From NCBI GenBank assembly GCA_020632095.1, contig JACKGF010000001.1, positions 70,549 to 134,548 on the forward strand: DNA of 64,000 bases. Direction: 5' to 3'. The notes beneath the pieces were generated by a model that was given only the letters and a program-made list of their open reading frames with translations, had not been told where the DNA came from and did no database searches. Positions within the stretch are counted from its first letter, which is position 1. Each line of letters starts with the position of its first letter. Position numbers and translations under genes: made by a program. Positions 27,794 through 39,700 of the stretch are shown piece after piece. This stretch comes from Candidatus Nomurabacteria bacterium (GTDB lineage: Bacteria; Patescibacteriota; Minisyncoccia; Phycocordibacterales; UBA918).

Positions 27794-28270
27794 TTTATCA
27801 AATTGGACTGGGTAGGGTATACAGTTTGGCTTATGCGTTGGAGTTTACGTTCCTTGGCTTATACGTTCCTTTGTTCGGGTTTACGCTTATGCGTTCGGGT
27901 TTACGTTCCAGCGAATTAAGTAAGCAAAGGAACGTAGTGGTCAGAATTTGCTCAAGGCAGAGCAAATTCTGACATACAAAATTATAGTCATTACATTCCT
28001 TAATTTTTGCAACTATTGCGAACTTGTATCAGAATTTGTTGCTGAGAAATAATGCCTGAAGAGATTGTGTTTACGTTGTAAAAACTCATCTAAAATTAGT
28101 ACTGTTAACTATACTAATTTTTAACCAGTAATTTAGAGTTGGTTTGTTTTTGTGTGAGATAGAGGATTTTGCGATTTAGTCTAGGTAAACAAGAATAATG
28201 AGATTGAGTAATTTTTGTATACAAGTAGTCGCTTGCGTTTGGTTTACGTTCTTGTGATTTGCTTAGATGG
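27794..28270. repeat. degenerate, rearranged copies of the same intergenic repeat family
   Basis: Repeated motifs gcgttcgggtttacgttcc, gcgttggagtttacgttcc and gcgtttggtttacgttctt; hairpin gtcagaatttgctc/gagcaaattctgac at 27936-27975; partial TIR at 28009-28024. Confidence 0.6.
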
Positions 28271-28322
28271 GGCTGTGGGTAAGCTTGAAAATATTTAGTA
28301 TTCACTTGTATAATGTATTGGT

Positions 28323-28796
28323 ATGTCCTTTCTTCAAAGACTCAAAGGCCGCGGTGTTAGAAACGATGAAGCTTCATTGCAGTCTGATGCTGAGGAGACC
28401 GCTGTCGACAAAGTCGCACAGCTTCATGTTGATGTTTACCAAACCGAGAGAATGATTGTTGTGTATGCTCAATCAGCTGGCGCAGATATGAATGACGTTC
28501 ATGTTTCAATTGAAGGTGATGCCGATATCGTATTAATTGAAGGGAAACGAGTTAGACCAGAATATATTGTATTTCCAAGAAAAGTAGTTAAGGGTGCGTT
28601 TGTAGCCGAGGAGTGTGTCTGGGGAGATTTTTATCGCAGAATCATTTTACCAGAAAGTGTTAATATAGATAAAGCTGAGGCAAAGATTAAGAACGGTGTT
28701 TTAATATTAGTTTTACCATTACTCAAGCCAAACGAAAAAGAAAAGGTTCAGTTAAAAGTAGTTGGAAGTCCAAATCCAAGGAAGCGAAGCAGTTAA
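28323..28796 (+). CDS. Hsp20/alpha-crystallin-family small heat-shock protein
   Basis: Alpha-crystallin domain pattern: LHVDVYQTERMIVVYAQSAG...DVHVSIEGDADIVLIEGKR...GDFYRRIILPESVNIDKAEAKIKNGVLILVLP. Confidence 0.8.
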   Translation: MSFLQRLKGRGVRNDEASLQSDAEETAVDKVAQLHVDVYQTERMIVVYAQSAGADMNDVHVSIEGDADIVLIEGKRVRPEYIVFPRKVVKGAFVAEECVWGDFYRRIILPESVNIDKAEAKIKNGVLILVLPLLKPNEKEKVQLKVVGSPNPRKRSS

Positions 28797-28813
28797 TCTT
28801 TTTAGTTCTTGTT

Positions 28814-30355
28814 ATGTTGCACCTTTTGAAAAAATCTACGCACCTGATAGCTACAATATTTTTTGTTGTTATATTTGTATTTCTACCACGTACTTATGTA
28901 GAAGCGGCTGATTTACTTCTGTCTCCAGGCACTGGTTCTTACTCAGCCGGTCAAACTTTTACAGCGACCGTTAGAGTGGTCCCTTCAGGCGATAGTGTCA
29001 ACGCCGTTGAAGCGGCATTAACTTTCGACCCGTCGGTTTTGTCAGTGGTTAGTGTTAGTAAAGATGGTTCGGTTTTTTCTCTTTGGACAACAGAGCCAGC
29101 TTTTTCAAATTCAAAAGGCACAATTGAGTTTGGTGGAGGAAGTCCTACTCCTTTCACTAATACTTCAAACATTTTAAATGTTACCTTTAGAACAGTTAAA
29201 GAAGGAGCGGGAGCGGTATCTTTTTCAAAAGGCTCAGTTCTGGCAGCTGATGGTAAAGGAACTGATGTCTATAAAAATTCCACTGGTGCTACCTATACTG
29301 TTGCTGCCGCCACTACCCCATCTCCAACTCCAACTCCATCTCCAACTCCAACTCCTAAGCCTGAAGAAACTACTGATTCAGGGGATGGAGGGGAAGCAAT
29401 TATTTTTGGTGACCCACCGCGCCCACCAGAAATTGGCTCTCAAACTTTTCTTGAACCTGAGGTTTGGTACAACATAACTAAAGGCATCTTCACTTGGACA
29501 CTACCATTTGATGTGAGTGAAGTGGCCGTTGAGATTTCAGATAATCCAGAAAATGTACCTCAAGACAATAAAGAAGCAATTAAAGTTCCTCCTGTCGAAG
29601 AATTTGCAATTTCACCTGAGGTGATTAAGGACGGTGTGCAGTACGTTAGTATTAATTTCAAAAACCAGGTTGGATGGGGAGCGGTAGTAAACCGTAAGCT
29701 TCAAATTGACACGACTGCTCCAGAACCGTTTGCAATTAATGTTAGAGCTGGTACAACTCAAAATTCATTCCCACTACTTAATTTCGAGGCTCGTGACGTA
29801 ACTTCAGGAATTCAGTATTACGATATGACTGTAGCTGATAAGGAGCCACTTCGAATTACTCCCGACGAAGCTCGTCTTGGATACATGTTGAAGGAACTTG
29901 AGGATGGTACCTATACAATAAAAGTGATTGCTACCGACATGGCCGGTAATACTCGAGAAAGTAGTGTCGCAGTCTTGATCACAGCCGGTTGGGTAAAGCC
30001 TGTTGAGGTGGTTGATGAAGGTTCTTTCTGGGACTTCCTGACAGCACTCAATTTATTTATTTTCTTCTTGCTTGTTGTGATTGTTCTGCAGGTAGTCTAC
30101 TTCTGGTACGAACACAAAGCTTTAAAGGAAAAGGAAGAAAAGTTACGAAGAGAGACACGTGAGATTCAGGACCAGATGGAGAAAATATTTTCAGCTTTGC
30201 GTGATGAAATTTACGACCAAATTAACACCATCACTAAACGAAAAAGATTATCTGCCAAGGAAAAGGAGGCTGTTGAAGGATTGACTCAGGCCCTAGAAGT
30301 GTCAGAAACCTTGATAGAGAAGGAAATCAATGATGTGAAGACAATTCTTAAGTAA
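28814..30355 (+). CDS. surface protein with signal/TM, TP-repeat linker, a TM helix and a C-terminal cytoplasmic coiled coil; hypothetical
   Basis: N-terminal hydrophobic anchor, TPSPTPTPSPTPTPKP linker, the TM helix LTALNLFIFFLLVVIVLQVVYFWY, then a K/E-rich coiled coil. Confidence 0.5.
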   Translation: MLHLLKKSTHLIATIFFVVIFVFLPRTYVEAADLLLSPGTGSYSAGQTFTATVRVVPSGDSVNAVEAALTFDPSVLSVVSVSKDGSVFSLWTTEPAFSNSKGTIEFGGGSPTPFTNTSNILNVTFRTVKEGAGAVSFSKGSVLAADGKGTDVYKNSTGATYTVAAATTPSPTPTPSPTPTPKPEETTDSGDGGEAIIFGDPPRPPEIGSQTFLEPEVWYNITKGIFTWTLPFDVSEVAVEISDNPENVPQDNKEAIKVPPVEEFAISPEVIKDGVQYVSINFKNQVGWGAVVNRKLQIDTTAPEPFAINVRAGTTQNSFPLLNFEARDVTSGIQYYDMTVADKEPLRITPDEARLGYMLKELEDGTYTIKVIATDMAGNTRESSVAVLITAGWVKPVEVVDEGSFWDFLTALNLFIFFLLVVIVLQVVYFWYEHKALKEKEEKLRRETREIQDQMEKIFSALRDEIYDQINTITKRKRLSAKEKEAVEGLTQALEVSETLIEKEINDVKTILK

Positions 30356-30445
30356 GCAAACGAGCGTAGCGACTATTGCGAACTTAGTTCTCAATTTGCC
30401 CCTTTCTTAGGGCAAATTGCTAGAACGTAAACCCGAACGCAAACG
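30353..30445 (-). repeat. inverted-orientation copy of the structured repeat unit, overlapping the stop codon of 28814..30355
   Basis: Conserved arm gcaaacgagcgtagcgactattgcgaacttag, then hairpin caatttgccc/gggcaaattg enclosed by gttct/agaac, then ctagaacgtaaacccgaacgcaaacg. This is the reverse complement of the unit seen at 63521-63614. Confidence 0.75.
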
Positions 30446-30659
30446 AAAAACAATATACCAATTCAACTCAGCCTTCCTGTCGATACTTCCTTAGGGTGGT
30501 CAAAATTTGCCCAAAGACAGAGTAAATCCTGATAGTTGTCCTGTGTATTTCTGGGATTCAACTATTAGTTAATAGCGGGTATAATTTAGGTATTGCAAAG
30601 AATAAAAATTGTGGCGAATAATAAAAATAGCCCTGTTTTTGACTAATAAATGAGGATAA

Positions 30660-30733
30660 CCGCGAGGGCATGAAGGGCCCTCGCGGTATACTTATAATAG
30701 GTCCAGATTCTATCTGGACGGAGGTAATTTCGA
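30660..30733 (+). promoter_or_regulatory. structured 5' region of the giant gene: GC-rich hairpin, -10-like tataat, then a second hairpin abutting a GGAGG Shine-Dalgarno
   Basis: 10-bp stem ccgcgagggc/gccctcgcgg (30660-30686); tataat at 30693-30698; hairpin gtccagat/atctggac (30701-30719); GGAGG at 30720-30724, 9 nt before ATG 30734. Confidence 0.4.
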
Positions 30734-33700
30734 ATGTATAAAGTAGACAAGAAAAGCCACAAAATATTGATTTTTTCAATCCTAGTTTCACTGATCATTT
30801 TCAGTGCGTATTTTGTGCACGCTCAGTTTTTCAGTAATGCTTACGTGGTTAGAACGATAAATGTTTTTCCGTCTGTGGTTGAGTCAGAGGGCTGGAATAA
30901 TGTTGAAACAATAACATTCCAAAACCTTGGAGAGTATGCCTTACTGCAGGAATTTAACACGATAAACTCTGCTACTTTAGATGAAGATTACTGGAGTCAT
31001 GATACTGGTACAAGTACGTCTGGTACACCTGAACCAGTAGTAAATGATAATGATGTTGAGGTAACTCCAGTGCCAGAAGTAGAGTTTGAATTTTCAGTCC
31101 CAAGTACCGGTGATTCAGTTGTACCGCAAGACATGATTGATTATGAAGTGCCAGTTGTGAGCCAAACTTCAACTGAGGATGTTCAGATTGTGGTTCCAGA
31201 ACCAGAAGTGGTTTTACCAGAAGAAGAGGCGGTTGAGTCTGGTACAACTACTGTTTTGAGGCGGGCGGGCTCATTATTTTCGTTGGCAGTTTCAACAGTT
31301 ACATCCTTACTTGATGGATCATCAAGTACAGAAGCAGTAAACCCTAGCGTTTCTCTTGGTGTAGCAGCTGAAGATTCAACTGCTTTGTCCGATGAAGTAA
31401 TTGAAACAACAATAGACGAAGCTGAGGTAGTGGAAGTTGTTCCAGAACCTAAAGTCCTAACCACTGAAGATGTTGTTGAAGACCCGGTTAATGAAGTTGT
31501 AGAAATTTCAGCTCCAGAAGAAAGTATTCCTTCCACTACTGTATCAATAGACACAGAGAAATTAGTTGAGGATATTCCAGTGGTTGAGACTGATCCAGTG
31601 GTTGAAACTATTGATGAGGTGGTAGATTTACCTGATGTCCTAGATATTATTTCTGATTCATTGACTAGCGTAGAGAGTGATGCTCATGTTGCATGTACTG
31701 ATGATTGTCAGCCATTTACTATTACATTGTCAGATTTCGGTTATCCGATTGGTGAAGGAGTGGAAGTAACCGGAGCCCAACTGCGACTATCTGTCGGAGC
31801 TGAAAAGAAACAAAGTCGAGAGCGAATCCCGTCACTTGACATTCGCTACACTATTGATGATGGTCAGACCTGGAATTCAGCCGGGTTGATCCTGATTGAG
31901 GATCAGGTTTCCAGTGGTATAAACGGGGGTTATTATTTGTTTGCGTTACAGGAGGTGATTAGTCAAGAGACTTTAAACACTCTAAAGGTAGAAATTTCGT
32001 ATCAAGATAATCCAGAGATAGTCAAAGGGTTGTTTGTTGAAAGTGCATGGTTGGAATTGTTTACCCTTGAAGCACCAGAGGAGCCGGTTTCAAGTGACAT
32101 TCTTGAATTGTTAGCCAATGATGGTTACGACGATACTTTAATGTCTGGAGATAAACTAATCTCACCAGAAGGAGATAAGATAGAATTTGATTTTACTGAC
32201 GATAACAAAAACGAAACTCTAATCATAAAGTCTGATAAAGTTTCTTATAGTGGTTTGTCTGAAGTAACAACCTACTTCAGTGTTACAAATACAACTGATG
32301 CTGATGATGAATTTTCACTTCAGACATATTTCCCAAGCGGAGTTGGTGAGGTTAAAAATATAGAAGTCTATAACCGCAACAAGCCTCGTGATGCGGTAAT
32401 TCCGGAGTATCGACCTTATGTCTATAACTGTGAAGCAGGTTGGGAGTATGCTGGTGAGTTTGTTCCTCAGACTTTGGAGGAATTATCGCAAAAATTAGCC
32501 GAATCATTAAGTGAAGAAGTAGATAATGGGTCACTGGTTGAACCTGATGTTCAGGTGGGTGTTCCTGAAGAGACAATTGAAACAAGTGTTGACGAAGGTG
32601 TTGAAACTAAAGATGTGCCGAGTCCTGCGGCTGATTCAAGCTCAGAAATAGAGGTAGATTTTGCTATACCAGAAACATCTCCTGCAGATGAAGCTAGTTT
32701 TGATGAGACTATTACCAACAACACTACAACAGTATTAAATTTACTAAATACGACTTCTAAGCTGTTACAGTCTGACATTATTACTACGACTGATGAGGCG
32801 TTGGTTAATGATGTGCAAACCGATCCAGTTGTTAATCTTAGTGAATCTGGTGATGAAAAAGTGCCAGCTTACACTTGTCGAAATACAAATGTAGTTAGAG
32901 AGTGTGATGAGCTTGATGGAGAAAATACAGCTTGCTTAGTTAAGCAAGTGAAAGTTGATGAGCATCCAGTCACTCAGTATGCCCCTGGATGGGATAAGGT
33001 GGACTTGGAAACTGGTGGTTTACCAAAGGCTAGTTTATTGCGTCGAATGGCTGAGTTTGTTGGTTTTGGTCCAGATAAAAAAGAAGTTCCTGACGCGTTT
33101 GAGGTTCGTTCTCATACGGGTAAGCAATATGTTGTTAAGGCTGGTGAGACCAAGTACTTCAAGATGGATATTTCATTCCCACCATTTAGTAATGGGGAAT
33201 ATTGGATTGAGGCAATTGGTGATAGTGAGTACGGGTTGCTCGATCCTTTTTGGTCTAGTCAGTGGCAATATCGTATGCCGATTAGGGTGCCAAATCCGAC
33301 TGGTTCGTCACAGTCTGAATACCAGATGTTCTTTGAACTAGATAGCTCTTTGACGGATTTTTGGAGTAATGTAAACAGTGACGGTTCAGATGTAAGGTTT
33401 GTACAAGAGGTGGTAAAAGGCAATCTGGTAGATGAAAATAATCCAGAATTCGATAATCCATACGATAAAGATTGGACGGGACGTATGGCGATTACAATTC
33501 CAGCCACTAGTGTCAGTACTGGATTAGCTGATTTCCCGGTGTACATTGATATGTCAACCCTCGGTCCGGCGTTCTGGAGTGGGGTTGCTTCTGATGGCCG
33601 AGATATTCGCATTACTAAACAGGATGGTGTATCTGAGTTGCCGTATGATTTGGTAGAGATTGATACAACAGCTGAGACTGGTGAGTTGCACTTCCTAGCT

Positions 33701-36700
33701 AATGCTCTCAGTAGTGTTTCTGATAACACCTTCCATATTTATTACAACAATCCTTCCGCTACTGCTTACGCGTCTACCAGTCAGTATGGCTCACAAGCTG
33801 TTTGGGCAAATTATGAAGCGGTCTATCACTTCTCTGACGACCCGACGGCAGTGACAAATGTTATTACTGACTTCACTGGTAATGGACAGGAACTAGAAGT
33901 AGAAGGAGCGGCTTTGGCTACCACTACTGGTGCCATGGGAACAGCTCTTGATATGACTGGTTCGACTGGAGTCTTGCGTGACGTGGGAGACGATTGGGGA
34001 TGGACAGCTGGTGACGACTTGGTTTCTTCTGGTCTATACTTCCAGTCAGCTGTTTCTGGTGAAGCACTTTGGGAATTTGGTTCTACTGCTAATCCAAATT
34101 GGGCTGGTTATATGCCTTGGTATGCCAACGCTGATCCAACGATTGGTCGCGGTTACATGTATTTTGGCTTAAACCAAAATGGCACCTGGAACCGGAACAC
34201 AGCAGTTTGGCATCACTTCACCACCATTGCACCGTCAACGGCTGGTAATCTTCATGGTATTTATGATAATGGTGTACTTGAACTTAGTGGTACTCAGAAT
34301 GTGACAGATCCATCCAACCTTGGTGGTTTACAGGTTGGTCGATGGACAACCGGTGGTTCATATAACGGTATTATTGACGAATTGCGCTTTGCCGCAGACG
34401 ACACGGTTTATACTCCGGGTTGGATCAGTACTGAACACCTAAACCAGACAGACCCGACAACCTTTTATTCAACTAGTACCAAGTTAACTGGAGGGGGAAG
34501 TAGGGAAGGTTGGTATTCAACTAGTTGGGAAAATCGAACCAAATTCACTTTAGCTCAATCATCTGACTTGACTGATTTTCCTGTTTACCTAGACCTAGCT
34601 ACTTTGGGAGATGATTTCTTCAATAATGTGGCTAGTGATGGACGTGACATTCGTATTACAAATGGGGACAATACTGCAGAACTACCGTTTGAACTCGTTT
34701 CAATTGATACTGGAGCTAAAACAGGGGAGTTATACTTCAAGACCGATCTAACCGCCGACGCTTCGACTGACTACTATATTTATTACAACAACAGTGATGC
34801 CGCTGCCTACGCTAAGACCGCTATTTATGGTGCAGAAAATGTCTGGACAAATGGTTACGTGGCAGTGTATCACTTGGAAGAAGATATGGCTGGTATTAGT
34901 AATGCTAATGTTTACAAAGATTCCACTTCTAATCAGTACGATGGTGATGATGAAAACAGTTCAGACGGAAAGCTGGGATTGTTTGGCGCTGGTCAGGAGT
35001 TTGGTGATAGTCAGAATGACTACTTGAGCTTACCAAAAGAAGTGCTGGACGGTACGACCAATGTGTCGGTTTCTTGGTGGCACAACTCTTCAACTACTGG
35101 TGATATGACTATTACCAGTGGAGCTAATAGTAGTGATGCAAATGAATTCTGGGATAGATTAAATAATAACAATCGTGTTTACATATATTCTCAAGGTCAG
35201 CAAGAGTTAGCTACTATCGATAATAGCGATACCTATAATGATGGCACATGGCAGTACTACATGACTATTCGTGACTACGATGCCCAATACAAATCAATGG
35301 TGCGCAACGGCGTACTAGATGCGCAAAGTCCGATTGTATCTAATCCAGTCATTGCGGCTCATACGATTGACAACGGTGGTTTGGTTATTGGTCAGGATCA
35401 GGACTCGGTCGGGGGAGGATTTTCATCGTCTGAAAACTTTGAAGGTTTCCTTGATGAGCTTCGCTATGCGGATGTGGTTCGCGACCCGAGTTGGGCAGCG
35501 GCTGAGTATGAGAACATGGCTAATCAGTCTAGCTTCATCTCTACTTCAACCGCCGAAACCTTGTCCGCCACCAATTTTGTAGAGCTTGATTTTTGGATTC
35601 AACACTTCGATGACACAGCTGACGAGGCTGATATTTGGGTGCAACTGGAGTCACTACCAGCTGGCGAAGATACTATCATTTATATGTACTATGGTAATAG
35701 TGGGGCGGCTAGCGCTAGTGATGAGTTGGCTACCTTCTCGTACAGTACTTCAACTGATATCTATTATGTGGTTGATGACAGTGGAGCTTCTAGTGTAACT
35801 GTGGAAAGTCTGGTTGATAATAATGAGGTCGCTATTGATGGTGGTACTCCGGTTAGTTTAAATCAAGGCGAAAGTACAACTTTTGGTACTTTTACTGGAG
35901 CTTCGGTGATTAGTGTACTAGGTCCGATTTCAGGAACTGTCACCGGTGCTTCGTCAGATGGTAGTGATATGATTGTACCAATTAGTTTTGCTACCACTAC
36001 GTTTGCCATACCAACCAACCGTAATACTAATCGTTGGTATATTGTCTCACCCTTTGCTAGTTCAACCATTAGAACCTATATCGCAGCCGCTGGCTCACCG
36101 TCGCAAACCCTCAATGCTGCGACTGGTACAGTTGTGACTTCCACGACTGAGGTGCCTAACTCAGGTCAAGGAGTTGATGGTAGTGGTTTAGTAATTGACG
36201 CTACTGCACCGGTTTTAGCTATTCATCGAAGTACCAACCCAGGTGATGGTCTTACCTTATATCCTCCAACCAATCGCGATTTGTTCGGTGTCACTTCTAA
36301 CTTTATGCACGTGTCAGCTTTGGCTAGTAACTCTGACCCAACTGTTACTTGTTCGACTGGGGCGGGAGGAACGATTACTGGTATAACCAGAGGTGATCAT
36401 GAGGCGGATGCTTCTTGTACCGCGGCCGCCGAGGGGGCAGGTAGTGCGGTTAGACTTAGTGGACAAGCTAGTCCAATAACCGCTCTCCAACAAGCTGACT
36501 CAGATGGTACTGATTCTTCTATGTATTGGCCACAACATGAGTTTGGTACTCGCTACGCCATGACCAACTCAACTGGTTATGTGGCTGTGGTCTGTTCACC
36601 TCGTTTTGGTTCGGTTGACCTGGAGGTTCAAGACACACTGGGTAATACTGTTAGTACTGGTACTTGTACGCCATCAGGTTCTAATCCAGGGAAAGCTTAC

Positions 36701-39700
36701 TTCAACAACGGTAACGGTACAGATGGTGACGCTGTTAACTATACAGGTGGACACCAAATTGTATCTACTAACGGTGAGCCTTTCTACATGATGTACGAAG
36801 ATGTGTCAGTCGATCAAGATGAGAAAAATGCGGCTGGACCAGTTCAGGGTCGCAAGTTCGATGGTATTGTGCGGGACATCTATCAGTTTGGAAATCAAGA
36901 AATCGCTAACCCGACTGAATATGAACAATTATCATATCTTTGGTACCAGAACAGTCTTAGTAACACTCCAACGAGTACTTGGGAGAATAGTCCGGGTGAA
37001 TATTTGGTTGAAGCACAAAATATTACTGGTGCTGGAGCGGTAGATAATGGTGATGTTTTAAGATTGCGCATCAATGCTGTAGGTAGTAACGCTACTGCTA
37101 CTGCTAATACCCAAGCTTTCAATCTGCAGTACGCTGCTGCTTCAACTGGCCAATGTAGTACTGCGACTGCCTGGAATGATGTCGGTCAGCAAGGTAGTAC
37201 CACAGCGGTCTTTAATGGTTATAACAACTCAGGTGTTGCTGATGGAGAAGATTTAGTCACTTCAACTCTAGCCTCAACGACTGTGCTTGGTACCTATGAA
37301 GAGCGTAATTACTCAGATTTTATTCCTAGTCAAGTTAATCCGGGTGACGTGGTGGAGTGGGATTGGGTGATTACTGCTAATGATATCGCGGTCAACTCCA
37401 ACTATTGCTTCCGTATGGTTAAGGCCACGGGAGAGGTTTTTGAAACATACACTGCTTATCCAGAGTTGGAAACAGTAGGGCCACCAAGTACTCCAGTTAA
37501 TTTACTATTCTTTGATAACGAAAATACAGCTGTTTTAACACCAGTGCTAGAATTTTATGCTATTGATAACTCTAATGATGATATTAATTACCAAATCCAA
37601 ATTGACGATGATTATGACTTTAGTTCTGTTGTCTTGGATAAGAATTCAGACACTAACTTCCTGCAGTTCGAAAACCTTGCAGTCCCATCTGATAAGTCAC
37701 CATTTAATTCTGGTCAACGGGTGAGGTTTACTGGATTGACTGGACTGACCCCGACCACTACATATTATTGGCGGGTGCGAGCTGATGACCCTGGAGGTTC
37801 CGCAACTACTAGTGATTGGTCAGAACCATTTAGTTTTACTACCGATACGACTGTTACTGTTAGTGAATGGATGCAAACCACTGGTCGACAGTTTGATACT
37901 AACTCCTTAACTAGTCTTTCTACTAGTTCAGGTGCTGTCACGATGATTGGTTCGACTGGTCAAATGACAAGTACACCGATTTACTTCAATAATGGTTCAG
38001 TTGGAAATGCTTGGGGTGAAGTCAGTTGGAATGATACTGAAACTTCTGGCACGATACTAATAAGTGTTCAATACAACAACAATGGTTCTTGGACTCTCGT
38101 TCCGGATTCACTGATTCCTGGAAATAGTCTTGGTACTTCAACTTCACCAATCAACCTACTTGAATTAGATACATCTACCTACGGACAAATTCGGTTAGTT
38201 GCTAATTTTGCTGGAACTACTTTATCTTTACAGGATTGGAAGGTTAAGTGGGGATTACGAGTCGAGACACCAGACTTGGGTGACTTATTTGATAATCAGA
38301 AAACACCTGATCTGTTACCAGTATTTGATTTTGTGTCATCTGATCCACAAGGAGATGATTTGGAGTACGAAATCTCATTTAGTACTGACTACAATTTTAT
38401 TACTAGTTCCAGTACGTATAACTCATCGGTTGATGCCGGATTTATTGACACAGTTGCCGGGACATCAAGCTCTCCTTTCGGTTCTGGAAATAGAGTAACC
38501 TACACCAAACAAGCCGGTAGTCCATTTGTCGATGGAAATACCTATTGGTGGCGAGTACGAGCTAAAGACCCTAATGGTGGAGATTCATGGTCACCGTGGT
38601 CTGTACAAGATTCATTTACAGTTGATGTAGCCACGACATTGTCAACTTGGTTCCAGACTACTCGAGCTCAGTTTAGCCAAGGTGTGTTGGACGGAACTAT
38701 TGCCACCTCGGGTGGAGCAGTGATTGTGTCTGAGGATATAGGTGAATATGGTACAGCCACTTTGACCAACAATAACTGGTTGACTATCAATACTCAACGT
38801 GACTACACCAATATGGTAGTAACAGCTTCCCCAGAGTACGCTGGGCCACTATGGAGTGGTGCAAGAACGCCTCGAGTGCGTAACAAGACCTCAAACAGTT
38901 TCGAAATTAAGGTGGATGATTACACCGATGCTTTCTCTGGCTCAACTGTGGTTGATTATATGGTTATGGAGGCAGGTGATTGGATTATTCAAGATGGGGG
39001 AAGTGGGGTTAGAATCTTAGCCGATACAGTATCAGTCAGTGGAGTACAAAATCAACCATACGCAAATAATGTCGGTACTGACATAACTTTTTCACCGGCC
39101 TTCTCCGCAGCACCGGTTGCTCTAACGACTGTCTCTAGCGATAATGAAACGGCTTGGGTAGCTACTAATGTGGATGACGGGACAACTAGTACAGCTGAAG
39201 TCACAACTACCAATATGGGTATTGCCCTTTCCTTAAGTCGTTCTGGTACTACCCACTCAACACCAGAGGATGTGGACTACATGGTAATAGAGCCTGGTTC
39301 TGGTACCAACAAAGGAGTTAAGTTTAAAAGTATGAACTCGACTGATAATGTCGATGATTACCAAACAAACGGTGGTTATGGGCAAGCATTGGCGGCTGGT
39401 TTTTCTGTAGCTCCTGGTGTAACAGTGATTGCAAACAACGGTACTGACGGTGGTGACGGTGGTTTTGCCTACAAAAACCTATCTGGTTCCCAAACCGCCG
39501 GTTCACTTTTCATGAGTATTCACGAAATGGGAGCCACAGCTGATCAACACACGCAAGAAATAGTGTCTATTATGGCGTTTGAGAATAGTTCTGGTCTGAT
39601 TGCTCGATTGAACGCAGGTAACCTTAGTGGAACTTTTGCTGGAGAGGATATTATCTTTAGTGACGGAGCGGGGCCAAAATTTGATAATTTTGCGTGGAAT

